Part shown: one piece after another, positions 37,575-46,724 of the stretch
How the letters are laid out: each line of letters opens with the position of its first letter
Numbering within the stretch: the stretch's first letter is position 1
Assembly: GCA_965203355.1 (NCBI GenBank)
Contig: OZ241889.1
Span: forward strand, 192,001 to 256,000
Origin: Candidatus Latescibacterota bacterium
GTDB lineage: Bacteria > Latescibacterota > UBA2968 > UBA8231
Direction: 5' to 3'
DNA: 64,000 nt
Position numbers and translations under genes: made by a program
Notes under the pieces: model-generated
Seen by the model: the letters and a program-made list of their open reading frames with translations, nothing else
What the model was told of the DNA's origin: nothing
The model's database searches: none

Positions 37575-38875
37575 GGTGTGGATCCTTGTTGGCGGATGCG
37601 GACCGCTTGGGCGTGGGCCTCCAAGCCCTCGGCTTGCGCCATGCGGGCGATGTGATCGGCTGTGTGGGCCAAGCGCTCGGAGGTGTAGGCGATGATGCTG
37701 GTCGTCTTGACGAAATCGGCCCACCCCAACGACGAGGCGTAGCGGGCCGCGCCTTGGGTCGGCAACACGTGGTTGGTGCCAGCGAAATAATCGCCGACCG
37801 ACTCGGAGGAAGCCGCGCCGAGGAACAGCGCACCGCAGTGGCGAATGGAATCCAACCAATGCCACGGGTCGGCCACCTGCAATTCGGCGTGTTCCGGTGC
37901 TAAGCGGTTGAGCAGTTCAATCCCCTCTTTGAGGCTAGGCACCACGACAATCGCGCCGTATTCTTCTAGGGCCCTACTTATAATTGAATAGCGCGGGAGC
38001 ACCGCTCGTTGTGCCTCAAGTTCCGCTTGTACGCGGCGCGCCAAGGCCGCGCAATCCGTGATGCACACGCACGCCACCCCCCAGCCATGCTCGGCTTGCG
38101 AGAGCAAATCCGCCGCGACCAAGCGCGGGTCAGCCGCTGCGTCGGCGAGCACCACGATCTCCGACGGGCCGGGCAGCAGCGCGATGCCCACTGTGCCGAA
38201 GACCTGCCGCTGCGCCGCCACCGTATAGGGAGAACCCGGGCCGACGATTTTGTGTACCGGCGGAATGCTCTCCGTGCCATACGCCAGCGCACCCACGGCC
38301 TGCGCCCCACCCACAGCGTACACCTCGTCAATACCCAACAGGTGCGCGGCCGCCGCAATCACCGGGGCCGGGCGACCAGCCGCTACGGGCGGCGTAACCA
38401 CGCAGAGCTGATCCACGCCAGCCACCTGCGCGGGCACGGCCGTCATCAGCAGGCTCGAAAACAGCGGCACCTCGCCAGCCGGTACGCACAGCCCCACCCG
38501 CTCAATGGGCGTGATTTTCTTGCCCAACATCACCCCATCGCCATCTTCGACAAACCAAGCGTTGATCTTTTGCCGCTCGTGGAAGGCGCGGATATTAGCT
38601 ACCGCCGCTTCCATAGCAGCGCGCAGGTTCGGGTCGAGCGCGGCCTCGGCCTCGGCGAGCACAGACGCTGCTACCCGCAACTGCCGAGGGCACACCTCCA
38701 CGCCATCGAAACGCTGGGTCAGCGCACACAGGGCGGCATCGCCTTCTTTCCGCACCTGCCGCAGGATGTCCCGCACCGCGTCCTCGACTTCGGGGTCGGA
38801 TTCGGGGCGGCGCGCCAGCAGGGCGGCGAGCGGGGCAGCGAGCGGGGCAGCGGGATAAGACGCAATGGGGACCAT
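37571..38875 (-). CDS. hisD: Histidinol dehydrogenase
   Basis: GGAQAVGALAYGT, GPSE, DLLSQAEH, APEH, GDYFAGTNHVLPT. Confidence 0.96.
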   Translation of the reverse strand: MVPIASYPAAPLAAPLAALLARRPESDPEVEDAVRDILRQVRKEGDAALCALTQRFDGVEVCPRQLRVAASVLAEAEAALDPNLRAAMEAAVANIRAFHERQKINAWFVEDGDGVMLGKKITPIERVGLCVPAGEVPLFSSLLMTAVPAQVAGVDQLCVVTPPVAAGRPAPVIAAAAHLLGIDEVYAVGGAQAVGALAYGTESIPPVHKIVGPGSPYTVAAQRQVFGTVGIALLPGPSEIVVLADAAADPRLVAADLLSQAEHGWGVACVCITDCAALARRVQAELEAQRAVLPRYSIISRALEEYGAIVVVPSLKEGIELLNRLAPEHAELQVADPWHWLDSIRHCGALFLGAASSESVGDYFAGTNHVLPTQGAARYASSLGWADFVKTTSIIAYTSERLAHTADHIARMAQAEGLEAHAQAVRIRQQGSTP

Positions 38876-39753
38876 CAGTACACGACCTTGTTGAGCGGAT
38901 ATTCAATGATGCCTTCGGCTCCGAGCCGCTTGAGCTGGGGGATCACCTCGCGCACCACGCGCTCGTCAGCGACGATTTCCAGTGCCACCCATTCGTCGTC
39001 CATCTGGTTAGATACCGTGGGCGTGTGTAGGGCTGGCAGCCGGGCGATGACGCGGTCGAGCTGGGCGCGCGGCACGTTCATCTTGAGGCCAACCTTGTGC
39101 TCGGCCTCGAGCGCCCCCTTGAGCAGCATCAGCAAGTTCTCGGCCTTTTCTCGCTTCCAACCATCGGCCCACGCCTCCTGGTTGGCAATCAAGCGCGGCG
39201 TCGAGGCGCAGACCGTATCGACGATGCGCAGCCGGTTGGCCTTGAGCGATGTGCCCGTCTCGGTCGCCTCGACAACTGCATCCACTAGCCCGGGAATGCC
39301 GGCCTTGACCTCGGTCGCGCCCCACGAAAACTCCACCTCGGCCTCCACGCCGCGGTCCTGCAAAAAACGGCGCGTCACGCCGACCAACTCGCTGGCGATG
39401 CGGCAGCCCTGCAGGTCTGCGACGCATTGGATGGGAGAATCCTCGGGCACGGCAATAACCCAGCGCAAGGGCTGCGCCGTACTCTTGCTATAGGTCAGTT
39501 CGCCCACTTCTACTACATCGACCTCGCTTTCGAGGATCCAGTCCCGACCCGTCAGGCCGATATCGACGACGCCGCGCGCCACATACTGGGCAATTTCCTG
39601 CGCCCGGAACATGAGGCCCGAAAGCTGGGGATCGTCCATGTCGGGCACGTACGAGCGCGCCGCCAAACGCACCCGATAGCCAGCGCGAACAAACAGATCA
39701 AACGTGGACTCCTTCAAACTCCCGGAAGGAAAGCCAATTTTCAATTTCTTCAT
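38875..39753 (-). CDS. hisG: ATP phosphoribosyltransferase (long form)
   Basis: DIGLTGRDW, SWGATE, ETGTSLKANRL, C-terminal regulatory domain. Confidence 0.95.
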   Translation of the reverse strand: MKKLKIGFPSGSLKESTFDLFVRAGYRVRLAARSYVPDMDDPQLSGLMFRAQEIAQYVARGVVDIGLTGRDWILESEVDVVEVGELTYSKSTAQPLRWVIAVPEDSPIQCVADLQGCRIASELVGVTRRFLQDRGVEAEVEFSWGATEVKAGIPGLVDAVVEATETGTSLKANRLRIVDTVCASTPRLIANQEAWADGWKREKAENLLMLLKGALEAEHKVGLKMNVPRAQLDRVIARLPALHTPTVSNQMDDEWVALEIVADERVVREVIPQLKRLGAEGIIEYPLNKVVY

Positions 39754-39763
39754 AATAGTTTCC

Positions 39764-39838
39764 AGTGGTCAGTGGTCAGTGATCAGTGATCAGCACCACT
39801 CCACGTGCGGGGGGACTGGCCACTGGCCACTGACCACT
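39764..39838. repeat. Palindromic element built of 7-bp tandem repeats
   Basis: (AGTGGTC)2(AGTGATC)2 ... GACTGGCCACTGGCCACTGACCACT; arms of ~24 bp are imperfectly complementary. Confidence 0.85.
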
Positions 39839-40709
39839 ATCTTAGCTTGTACAGCGCTTGCCGCGCCGCGGTTTGGTCTTGCTCCGTGCCCTCTCGCATG
39901 AGCTGCTGCAAGTGCGGCACGGCCCGCACATCACCCACTTCGGCGAGGGCGTGTACGGCCTTGCTGCGGATGCTCTGGAGCTCGTCGGCGTCGAGGGCGA
40001 CCAGCAGGGCTTCGTAGATGGCGTCGCGGGCCGGCGGGTGATCGATCTGGCCGAGGGCTTGCACGGCCACGTAACGCACCTTGTTCGAGGGGTCCTGCGA
40101 CATGCGGATGACTTCTGCTGCTGCGTCGCGGTATCCGTAGGTGTGCAAGCTCTGCAAGGCGGCGATCCGCCATTCGGGCTTGGGGGCACGCAAGGCGCGG
40201 CGCACCACGCGGAAAGCCGAGTCGCTCAAGGCCGGCTCAGCTTCGTACGAATGGCACGGCCCGAGCGCACCGAGCACGTATTGGCGCACTTCCACCGTGG
40301 GGTCGCGTGCGTACTTGAGTAGCGGGGCGAGGGCGACCGGCGCGCCGATCTGGCCCAATGCCCACGCCGCGGCGGCCGCCACCCGCGGCGACTTGTCTTT
40401 TAGAGCGGCGACTAACGCTGGCACGGCGCGCTCGTCCTTAAAGCGGCCCAACAGCTGTATGACCTCAAACCGCACGCGGATGTACCCGGAGTCGGCTTCC
40501 TCAATCAGCAGGGGGACGACCTCGTCGGCGTCGAAGCGGATGAGCTGGTTGGCGGCTTTGACGCGCTCGGCTTTTTGCAGGCTTTTTAACTGCTGAAGAT
40601 ACTCTTCCGGCGTGGGGCCTCCACACGCAAAGCCCAAACCCACTAGCAAGGCCCCAAGGGCAAGCCGTGCGCTGCCACATTTTTGCTTGTCGAACAAAGT
40701 GCCCGCCAT
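39837..40709 (-). CDS. HEAT-repeat lipoprotein
   Basis: Signal peptide with FAC lipobox-like Cys; repeated VR..A..ALG / AVP.L units. Confidence 0.85.
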   Translation of the reverse strand: MAGTLFDKQKCGSARLALGALLVGLGFACGGPTPEEYLQQLKSLQKAERVKAANQLIRFDADEVVPLLIEEADSGYIRVRFEVIQLLGRFKDERAVPALVAALKDKSPRVAAAAAWALGQIGAPVALAPLLKYARDPTVEVRQYVLGALGPCHSYEAEPALSDSAFRVVRRALRAPKPEWRIAALQSLHTYGYRDAAAEVIRMSQDPSNKVRYVAVQALGQIDHPPARDAIYEALLVALDADELQSIRSKAVHALAEVGDVRAVPHLQQLMREGTEQDQTAARQALYKLR

Positions 40710-40822
40710 ACTGCGTTTTCTATCGAATGAGAGGGAGCTTGCGGCGGCTGATTCTCATTTGCGAATGTATGGTAAAGATAAAAGCCATATATAACCTCGT
40801 CCACTGCATCCGCCGGCCGTTT

Positions 40823-40851
40823 TTGACAACACGCCTAGGGGCTTTTATACT
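40823..40851 (+). promoter_or_regulatory. sigma70 promoter for the SelW-TPR-RdgB-ABC operon
   Basis: TTGACA-N17-TATACT, followed by AAGGAGG RBS. Confidence 0.75.
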
Positions 40852-40882
40852 TTTTTGGCCCCTATTCCAAAGGAGGTTTCCC

Positions 40883-41116
40883 GTGAACTTGGAACTCATG
40901 TACTGCTCTGCTTGAGGCTACGAAACCAGAGCCGCCAGTTTGGCGGAACAGCTACTCGTCGCCTACAAGACAGACATCGCCACCTTCTCGCTGGTGCCCT
41001 CCGATCGAGGGCGGTTTGAAGTCAGCCTCAATGGCGAACTGATCTTTTCCAAGCTGCAAGAAGGCCGCTTTCCCGACGACGGCGAAGTCAAGGCCCGACT
41101 CGACGCCCGCCGCTAA
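40883..41116 (+). CDS. SelW/SelT/SelH (Rdx family) selenoprotein, 77 aa, Sec at codon 11
   Basis: MNLELMYCSA-U(TGA 40913-40915)-GYETRAASLAEQLL...GRFEVSLNGELIFSKLQEGRFPD; CxxU and G.FEV..NG.LIFSK motifs; RBS and promoter; hairpin downstream of TGA. Confidence 0.9.
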
Positions 41117-41158
41117 GCCCGCCTAGGCCTTTTACCATTTTGTATAGGAGGATTCGCT

Positions 41159-42217
41159 TTGAAGTACTGCCGCTTGCTCAGTCTCGCGCTCGCGCTTTTG
41201 AATACCCCAGCCCTCGCCCAATCGCCCGAAGCCCTCAACTACTTCCGCACCGGCTTCGACTTGGTCAAAAAGGGCAACTATCGCAACGCCGCCATTGAGT
41301 TGGAAAAGGCCGTGGAGGCCGATTCTTCCTACGGAAACGCTCACTATGTCCTCGGCATTTCCTACAAGGCCCTCAACGAGTACGACAAGGCCATCGCCAG
41401 TTTTACCGCCGCCCACGCCCTCGGCACCAAGCCGGAGCAGTCCGCCAAGGCCCTAGCCCAACTCTATAAACAGGCCGCCCTCAACAGCTTTCGGCAAAAG
41501 AAGTACAACGAGGTCATCGCCTATTTTACCGAGAGCCAAGCGCTTGGCGTACTCGACGCCGAATCGCTCTACATCATGGGCCTTTCCTACAGCGGTCTGC
41601 ACGAGAAAGACAAAGCGGCCATGGCCTATGCCGAAGCCATAACAGCCGATCCCACCGACGCCAGACCCTACAACGCCCTCGGCGATATCCAGCGCCTCAA
41701 CCGCGACTACGGCAAATCCGTCGTCACCTACCAGCGTTCCATAGAAGCCGATTCCACGTACATGGAATCGTACGGCGACTTAGCGCGGGTGAAGTTCGAG
41801 ACCCAAGATATAGAGGGCGTGGTGCTGCTTTTGCAAAAGGCCCTAACGGTCGACGACACGTACGCCGAAGGGCATCGCTTGCTCGGCATTGCGCTCAACC
41901 AACTCGGCCGTTTCCACGAGGCCATTGCCCCGCTGAACAAGGCCGTCGATCTAGACAAAGACTACTGCGAGACGCATTACCGGCTGGGCGAGGCGCACTA
42001 CGGCATGGGCAACTTCCGCCAAGCCATTGAGCACGGCCAGCGCGCCACGAGTTGTCAAGTGGACTACCGAGCCGCCGAAGTGCTGTTGGGCGACGCGCAC
42101 TTCCAACTTGGCCAACGCGAGGAAGCGCGGCGCTGGTACAACCGCGCGGTGAACGACAGCCGCTACAAGGACTACGCAGCGAGCAAGCTAGCAGAGATCG
42201 ACGAGCAGCCCCAATAG
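41159..42217 (+). CDS. Secreted tetratricopeptide-repeat protein
   Basis: Signal peptide and multiple 34-aa TPR patterns. Confidence 0.88.
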   Translation: MKYCRLLSLALALLNTPALAQSPEALNYFRTGFDLVKKGNYRNAAIELEKAVEADSSYGNAHYVLGISYKALNEYDKAIASFTAAHALGTKPEQSAKALAQLYKQAALNSFRQKKYNEVIAYFTESQALGVLDAESLYIMGLSYSGLHEKDKAAMAYAEAITADPTDARPYNALGDIQRLNRDYGKSVVTYQRSIEADSTYMESYGDLARVKFETQDIEGVVLLLQKALTVDDTYAEGHRLLGIALNQLGRFHEAIAPLNKAVDLDKDYCETHYRLGEAHYGMGNFRQAIEHGQRATSCQVDYRAAEVLLGDAHFQLGQREEARRWYNRAVNDSRYKDYAASKLAEIDEQPQ

Positions 42218-42222
42218 CCACC

Positions 42223-42831
42223 ATGGCGCTGCTTCTGGCCTCGAACAACACCGGCAAGCTGCGCGAAGTCCGCGCCCTACTCGCCGATATCGAGGTTGTC
42301 GCGCCGGCCGCGCTGGGCTTTGCACTCGATGTCGAGGAAAGCGGCCAGACCTTTGCCGCCAACGCCCAGCTCAAGGCCCGCGCCTATGCCGCAGCCAGCG
42401 GCCATATAGCCCTCGCCGACGACTCTGGGCTTGAGGTCGACGCCCTCGGCGGTGCCCCTGGAATCTACTCGGCTCGCTACGGCGGCCCCGACCTCGACGA
42501 CGCCGGTCGCTGCCAGCTCTTACTCACCCAGCTTGCGCCCTATCCCGAGCCAGCCGAGCGCCAAGCGCGATTCCGCTGCATCCTCTGCGCCGTAAGTCCC
42601 GATGGCCGCCAGTGCCAAGCCGAAGGTACGTGTGAAGGGTTGATCGCCCCGGCCCCAGTCGGCACCAACGGCTTTGGCTACGATCCGGTCTTTTTTGTCC
42701 CAGCCTACGGCAAAACCATGGCCCAGCTCGATCCGCAGGTAAAAAACCGCCTCAGTCACCGCGCCGAGGCGCTGGCAGCCATGCGCCCGCTCCTCGCCAG
42801 CACCTTTCCCGAGCTAGCCCTCGCTCGCTAA
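42223..42831 (+). CDS. rdgB: Non-canonical purine NTP pyrophosphatase (RdgB/HAM1)
   Basis: ASNNTGKLRE, ADDSGLEVDALGGAPGIYSARY, GFGYDPVF, SHR; ATG at 42223. Confidence 0.93.
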   Translation: MALLLASNNTGKLREVRALLADIEVVAPAALGFALDVEESGQTFAANAQLKARAYAAASGHIALADDSGLEVDALGGAPGIYSARYGGPDLDDAGRCQLLLTQLAPYPEPAERQARFRCILCAVSPDGRQCQAEGTCEGLIAPAPVGTNGFGYDPVFFVPAYGKTMAQLDPQVKNRLSHRAEALAAMRPLLASTFPELALAR

Positions 42832-44567
42832 TGTTTGGGCCGTTTTCCCAATACGTCCGTCCCTACCGGATCCCCATCCTGCTCGGTGCGCTCTGCGTTG
42901 GGCTGGGGCAGGCGGCGACCGCGCGCATCCCGCTGCTGGTGGGCGATGCCGTCGATGCGGTCTCCACGCCGGATACGGCCTCCGGGGAAATCGCAACCTA
43001 CATCTTCTACATCCTCGCCTACGCCTTGGGCGTAGCCCTGTGCGGCTACGCCATGCGGATTCTGCTAGGGCACGCCGCCAACCGCATCGAATACGACATC
43101 CGCACCGCGTATTTTGCCCACCTACTCAAGCTACCGCTGTCGTACTACCAGCAGCGCCGCACCGGAGACCTCATGGCGCGGGCGACCAACGATCTACACT
43201 CGGTGCATCTCTTTTGGATCTATGGCGTTCGCGGCATCGTCGATACCGCCTTGAGTCTGATTTTCACCCTCGCCTGTATGTGCTGGCTCGACTGGAAGCT
43301 GGCTCTACTGGTGTTGTTGCCCATGCCGCTTTTTAGCGTCGTGATGATCCGCATCGCCGCGGTCATCAACACCCGCTACAAAGCCATCCAAGATTACTTC
43401 GGCCGCATCAGCACCTTCATACAGGAAAACCTCTCCGGCATCCGCGTGGTCAAGGCATACACCCAAGAGCCGACACAAAACGCCGCGTTCGACCAACTCA
43501 ACTTGGCGTACCTCGAAAAAAACCGCGCCTACATCCTCACCCGCGCCAACTACCGACCCCTGTCCTACGTCATCGCCTCGCTCTGCTTGGGGCTGAATTT
43601 GTGGCTGGGCGGCCGCGCGGTCATCAACGGCGAACTCAGCCTAGGGGCCTTCGTGGCTTTCAACGCCTACCTGACCCAACTCATCCGCCCGATCATGTAC
43701 ATCGGCTGGGTCATCGACCGCGCCCAGCGCGCCCTCGTGTCCATGCAGCGCATCAACGAAATCCTCGCCGTCGAGCCTGAGATCCAAGACCGCGCCTTGC
43801 CGCCGACAACGCCGCGGCCAATCGCCGGGCACATCGCCTTCCGAAAGCTCAGCTTCTCCTACGGCGAGGAGCAAGTTCTGCATCAGATTGATCTCGAAAT
43901 TCCCCAAGGCACGACCCTCGGCATCATCGGCCGGGTCGGCTCGGGTAAGACCACCTTGGCGCGCCTCGTGCCCCGCTTGATCCAAGCCGGGCCAAGCCAG
44001 CTCCTCATTGACGGGGTGCCAATCGAGGAATGGCCCCTAGCGACTTTGCGCGACGCCATCGGCTATGTCCCGCAAAATCCCTTTCTGTTTTCCAATACCC
44101 TCAGTGCCAACCTCGCCTACGGCGCGGACTCGGCCAAAGAGGCCCAAATCCACGCGGCGGCCGAAGAGGCCCAGTTCAAAAAGGACATCGACCAATTCGA
44201 CGAGGGCTTCGACACCCTCATCGGCGAACGCGGCGTCACCCTGTCCGGCGGCCAAAAGCAGCGCGCGACCTTGGCCCGCGCACTCATTCGCCGGCCGCAG
44301 ATCCTCATCCTCGACGATGCGCTTTCCGCGGTGGATACCCACACCGAAGAAGCGATCCTCGATCAGCTACACGCCCTCATGCAGGGCCGCACCACGCTCA
44401 TCATCGCCCACCGCATCTCCACGCTGCGCCACGCCGACTGCATCGCCGTGCTCGAAGACGGTCGCATCGCCGAACTGGGCACCCACGCCGACTTGGTCGC
44501 CAGCGGCGGCTTCTACGCCGAATTGTACCAGCACCAGCAGCTTCGCGCCGAGCTAGAAACGCTGTGA
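42831..44567 (+). CDS. ABC exporter, TMD-NBD half transporter
   Basis: TGDLMARATND, GRVGSGKT, LSGGQKQR, ILDDALSAVD (degenerate Walker B). Confidence 0.92.
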   Translation: MFGPFSQYVRPYRIPILLGALCVGLGQAATARIPLLVGDAVDAVSTPDTASGEIATYIFYILAYALGVALCGYAMRILLGHAANRIEYDIRTAYFAHLLKLPLSYYQQRRTGDLMARATNDLHSVHLFWIYGVRGIVDTALSLIFTLACMCWLDWKLALLVLLPMPLFSVVMIRIAAVINTRYKAIQDYFGRISTFIQENLSGIRVVKAYTQEPTQNAAFDQLNLAYLEKNRAYILTRANYRPLSYVIASLCLGLNLWLGGRAVINGELSLGAFVAFNAYLTQLIRPIMYIGWVIDRAQRALVSMQRINEILAVEPEIQDRALPPTTPRPIAGHIAFRKLSFSYGEEQVLHQIDLEIPQGTTLGIIGRVGSGKTTLARLVPRLIQAGPSQLLIDGVPIEEWPLATLRDAIGYVPQNPFLFSNTLSANLAYGADSAKEAQIHAAAEEAQFKKDIDQFDEGFDTLIGERGVTLSGGQKQRATLARALIRRPQILILDDALSAVDTHTEEAILDQLHALMQGRTTLIIAHRISTLRHADCIAVLEDGRIAELGTHADLVASGGFYAELYQHQQLRAELETL

Positions 44568-46345
44568 GCACCGAACTCAACAAAGAAGAAGAAATCCAGC
44601 AGCGCGCCTTCAACTTGGGGCTGACGCTGCAACTGTTGGGATACCTCAAGCCCCATCGCGGGCGCGTGATCCTCGCCTTTGGCACCATTGCCCTCGCCGC
44701 AGGCTTTGGCCAGGTCGGGCCCTATATCACCCAGGTAGCGGTTGACGACTACATCGCCGTCGGCGACTGGGCGGGGCTGCGGTGGATGATCGCGGCCTTT
44801 TTTGGCAGCGTCGCCGTGCAGTATGGTGCTCAATACGCCCAGACTTTGGTCGCCGGCATGATCGGTCAGCGCGTCATGTACGACATGCGCCGCGACCTGT
44901 TTGCCCACCTGCAAAAGCTGCCGCTGCGCTACTTCGACCGCACGCCGCTGGGCCGCATTATGACCCGCGCCACCAACGACATCGACGCCCTCAACGAGTT
45001 TTTCAGCGAGGGCGTCGTCTCGGTTTTTATGGATTTTTTTAGTTTGCTGGCCATCGTCGGCTTCATGGCCTATATCGACTTCGAGCTGGCCCTGATCTGC
45101 TGCACAGTGGTCCCGGTCATCGCCATCTCGACCTTCTACCTACAGGGCCTCGCCATGCGCGCCTATCGCGAATTGCGCACGCGCTTGGCGCGGATCAATG
45201 CCTATTTGCAGGAGAACATCACCGGCATGGAGGTGGTGCAGCTTTTCAACCGCCAGCAACGCAACTTGCGCGACTTCGACGCCGAGCACTTGCCCTATCG
45301 CCGCGCCGAGGACCGCGAAATCCACTGCTATGCCATCTTCTTCCCCTTTACCGAATTGCTCGGCACGGTTGGCATGGCACTGGTGCTGTGGTACGGGGCC
45401 TCTGACGCGATCGAAGGCCGCATTGAGCTGGGGGTGTTGGTGGCCTTTCTCCAGTACATCCGCCGCTTCTTCCGCCCGATCATGGACATCTCCGACCGCT
45501 ATGCCCTGCTGCAGAGCGCCATGGCCGCGTCTGAGCGCATCTTCGAGATGTTGGCCGTCCCCAGCGAACCCGGCGGCGGCCCGCCGCGCAATCGCGCCGC
45601 CAGCCGCGGCGGCGCGATTGAATTCCGCAACGTGTTCTTCAAGTACGATCCAAAAGCCGAAGACTGGATTCTCAAGGATGTCTCGTTTGAACTGCGGGCC
45701 GGGCAGAGTATGGCGATAGTCGGGGCTACCGGCTCGGGCAAAACTACCATCGTCAGCCTCCTCTGCCGCTTCTACGACATCCAGCGCGGGGAAATCCTCG
45801 TCGATGGCCGCGACGTGCGCCAGTGGCACGTGGCCGAATTGCGCCGCCGCATCAGCATCGTCCAGCAAGAGGTCTTCCTGTTTTCAGGGAATATCAGCGG
45901 CAACATCCGCCTCGGCAACGACGCCATTGACGAAGCCCAAGTCGAGCGCGCAGCCCGCTACGTCAACGCCGCGCCCTTTATCGAACGCCTCCCCCAAAGG
46001 TACGCCCACGCCGTGGCCGAAGGCGGCTCGACCCTGTCGGCCGGCCAGCGCCAGTTGTTGGCCTTTGCCCGCGCCCTGGCCTCCGACCCGGAAATTCTCG
46101 TCCTCGACGAGGCTACTTCCAGCATCGACACCGAGACCGAATTGCTCATCCAAGACGCCATCGCCAAGCTAATGAGCGAGCGCACTTCCATCGTCATCGC
46201 CCACCGCCTCTCCACCATCCGCAGTGCCGATCAGATCTTGGTGATGCACCGCGGCGAGGTGCGCGAGCGGGGCCGCCACGAGGAACTCTTGCTCCAAGAC
46301 GGCATCTACGCGCGCCTCTACCGCCTCAATTACGGCCGCTCTTAG
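44564..46345 (+). CDS. ABC exporter, partner half transporter
   Basis: GTG start overlapping previous stop; GATGSGKT, LSAGQRQ, LDEATSSID; heterodimeric exporter pair. Confidence 0.92.
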   Translation: MSTELNKEEEIQQRAFNLGLTLQLLGYLKPHRGRVILAFGTIALAAGFGQVGPYITQVAVDDYIAVGDWAGLRWMIAAFFGSVAVQYGAQYAQTLVAGMIGQRVMYDMRRDLFAHLQKLPLRYFDRTPLGRIMTRATNDIDALNEFFSEGVVSVFMDFFSLLAIVGFMAYIDFELALICCTVVPVIAISTFYLQGLAMRAYRELRTRLARINAYLQENITGMEVVQLFNRQQRNLRDFDAEHLPYRRAEDREIHCYAIFFPFTELLGTVGMALVLWYGASDAIEGRIELGVLVAFLQYIRRFFRPIMDISDRYALLQSAMAASERIFEMLAVPSEPGGGPPRNRAASRGGAIEFRNVFFKYDPKAEDWILKDVSFELRAGQSMAIVGATGSGKTTIVSLLCRFYDIQRGEILVDGRDVRQWHVAELRRRISIVQQEVFLFSGNISGNIRLGNDAIDEAQVERAARYVNAAPFIERLPQRYAHAVAEGGSTLSAGQRQLLAFARALASDPEILVLDEATSSIDTETELLIQDAIAKLMSERTSIVIAHRLSTIRSADQILVMHRGEVRERGRHEELLLQDGIYARLYRLNYGRS

Positions 46346-46590
46346 GCCGCCGCCTCTTCTTCTGGGGGCTTCTTTTCAAACCGCGACGCCACCCCGTCCA
46401 CGGCCTTCACCACCTGATCGCGCGTCTCTTCGGCTTGGCGCACGATCAAGCGCCGGGTATCCTCGCCCTTTTTCGGGGCCAGTAAAACGCCTATGGCCGC
46501 GCCGACCGCAACGCCGGCCGCAAAACCCGCCAAGAGGCACGTCGTGCCGTTGGTCGAATGGTTCCGCGGGTACATTTTTTCGTAGAACAT
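46342..46590 (-). CDS. YtxH-domain protein
   Basis: GFAAGVAVGAAIGVLLAPKKGEDTR signature. Confidence 0.85.
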   Translation of the reverse strand: MFYEKMYPRNHSTNGTTCLLAGFAAGVAVGAAIGVLLAPKKGEDTRRLIVRQAEETRDQVVKAVDGVASRFEKKPPEEEAAA

Positions 46591-46649
46591 AACAAAGCTC
46601 CTTTAGCTTGTGGATGTACTAATATAGTAAAGAAAATTAATTAAGTGTG

Positions 46650-46678
46650 TTGAATAAAACCAATGCAACTTTTATACT
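46650..46678 (+). promoter_or_regulatory. Putative sigma70 promoter of guaB
   Basis: TTGAAT-N17-TATACT. Confidence 0.6.
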
Positions 46679-46724
46679 TTAAGGCTAAATTCTTCCCTCC
46701 CCCGCCAACGCTGAGAGGACTTTT

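Noticed and set aside
38821-38853. 12-bp tandem repeat in hisD (AAPLAAPL) and 18-bp repeat at the YfhO 3' end (~33422-33460)
   Set aside because: Small in-frame slippage duplications in tolerant termini; no evidence of function.
38009-39493. Long antisense ORFs (e.g. 494 aa here; 432 aa at 27725-29023) and alternate-frame ORFs (425 aa at 46982-48259)
   Set aside because: Shadow ORFs of high-GC genes overlapping clearly recognisable CDSs, with no family motifs.
39754-39836. His attenuator leader peptide upstream of hisG
   Set aside because: No start codon with a His-codon run on the coding (minus) strand.
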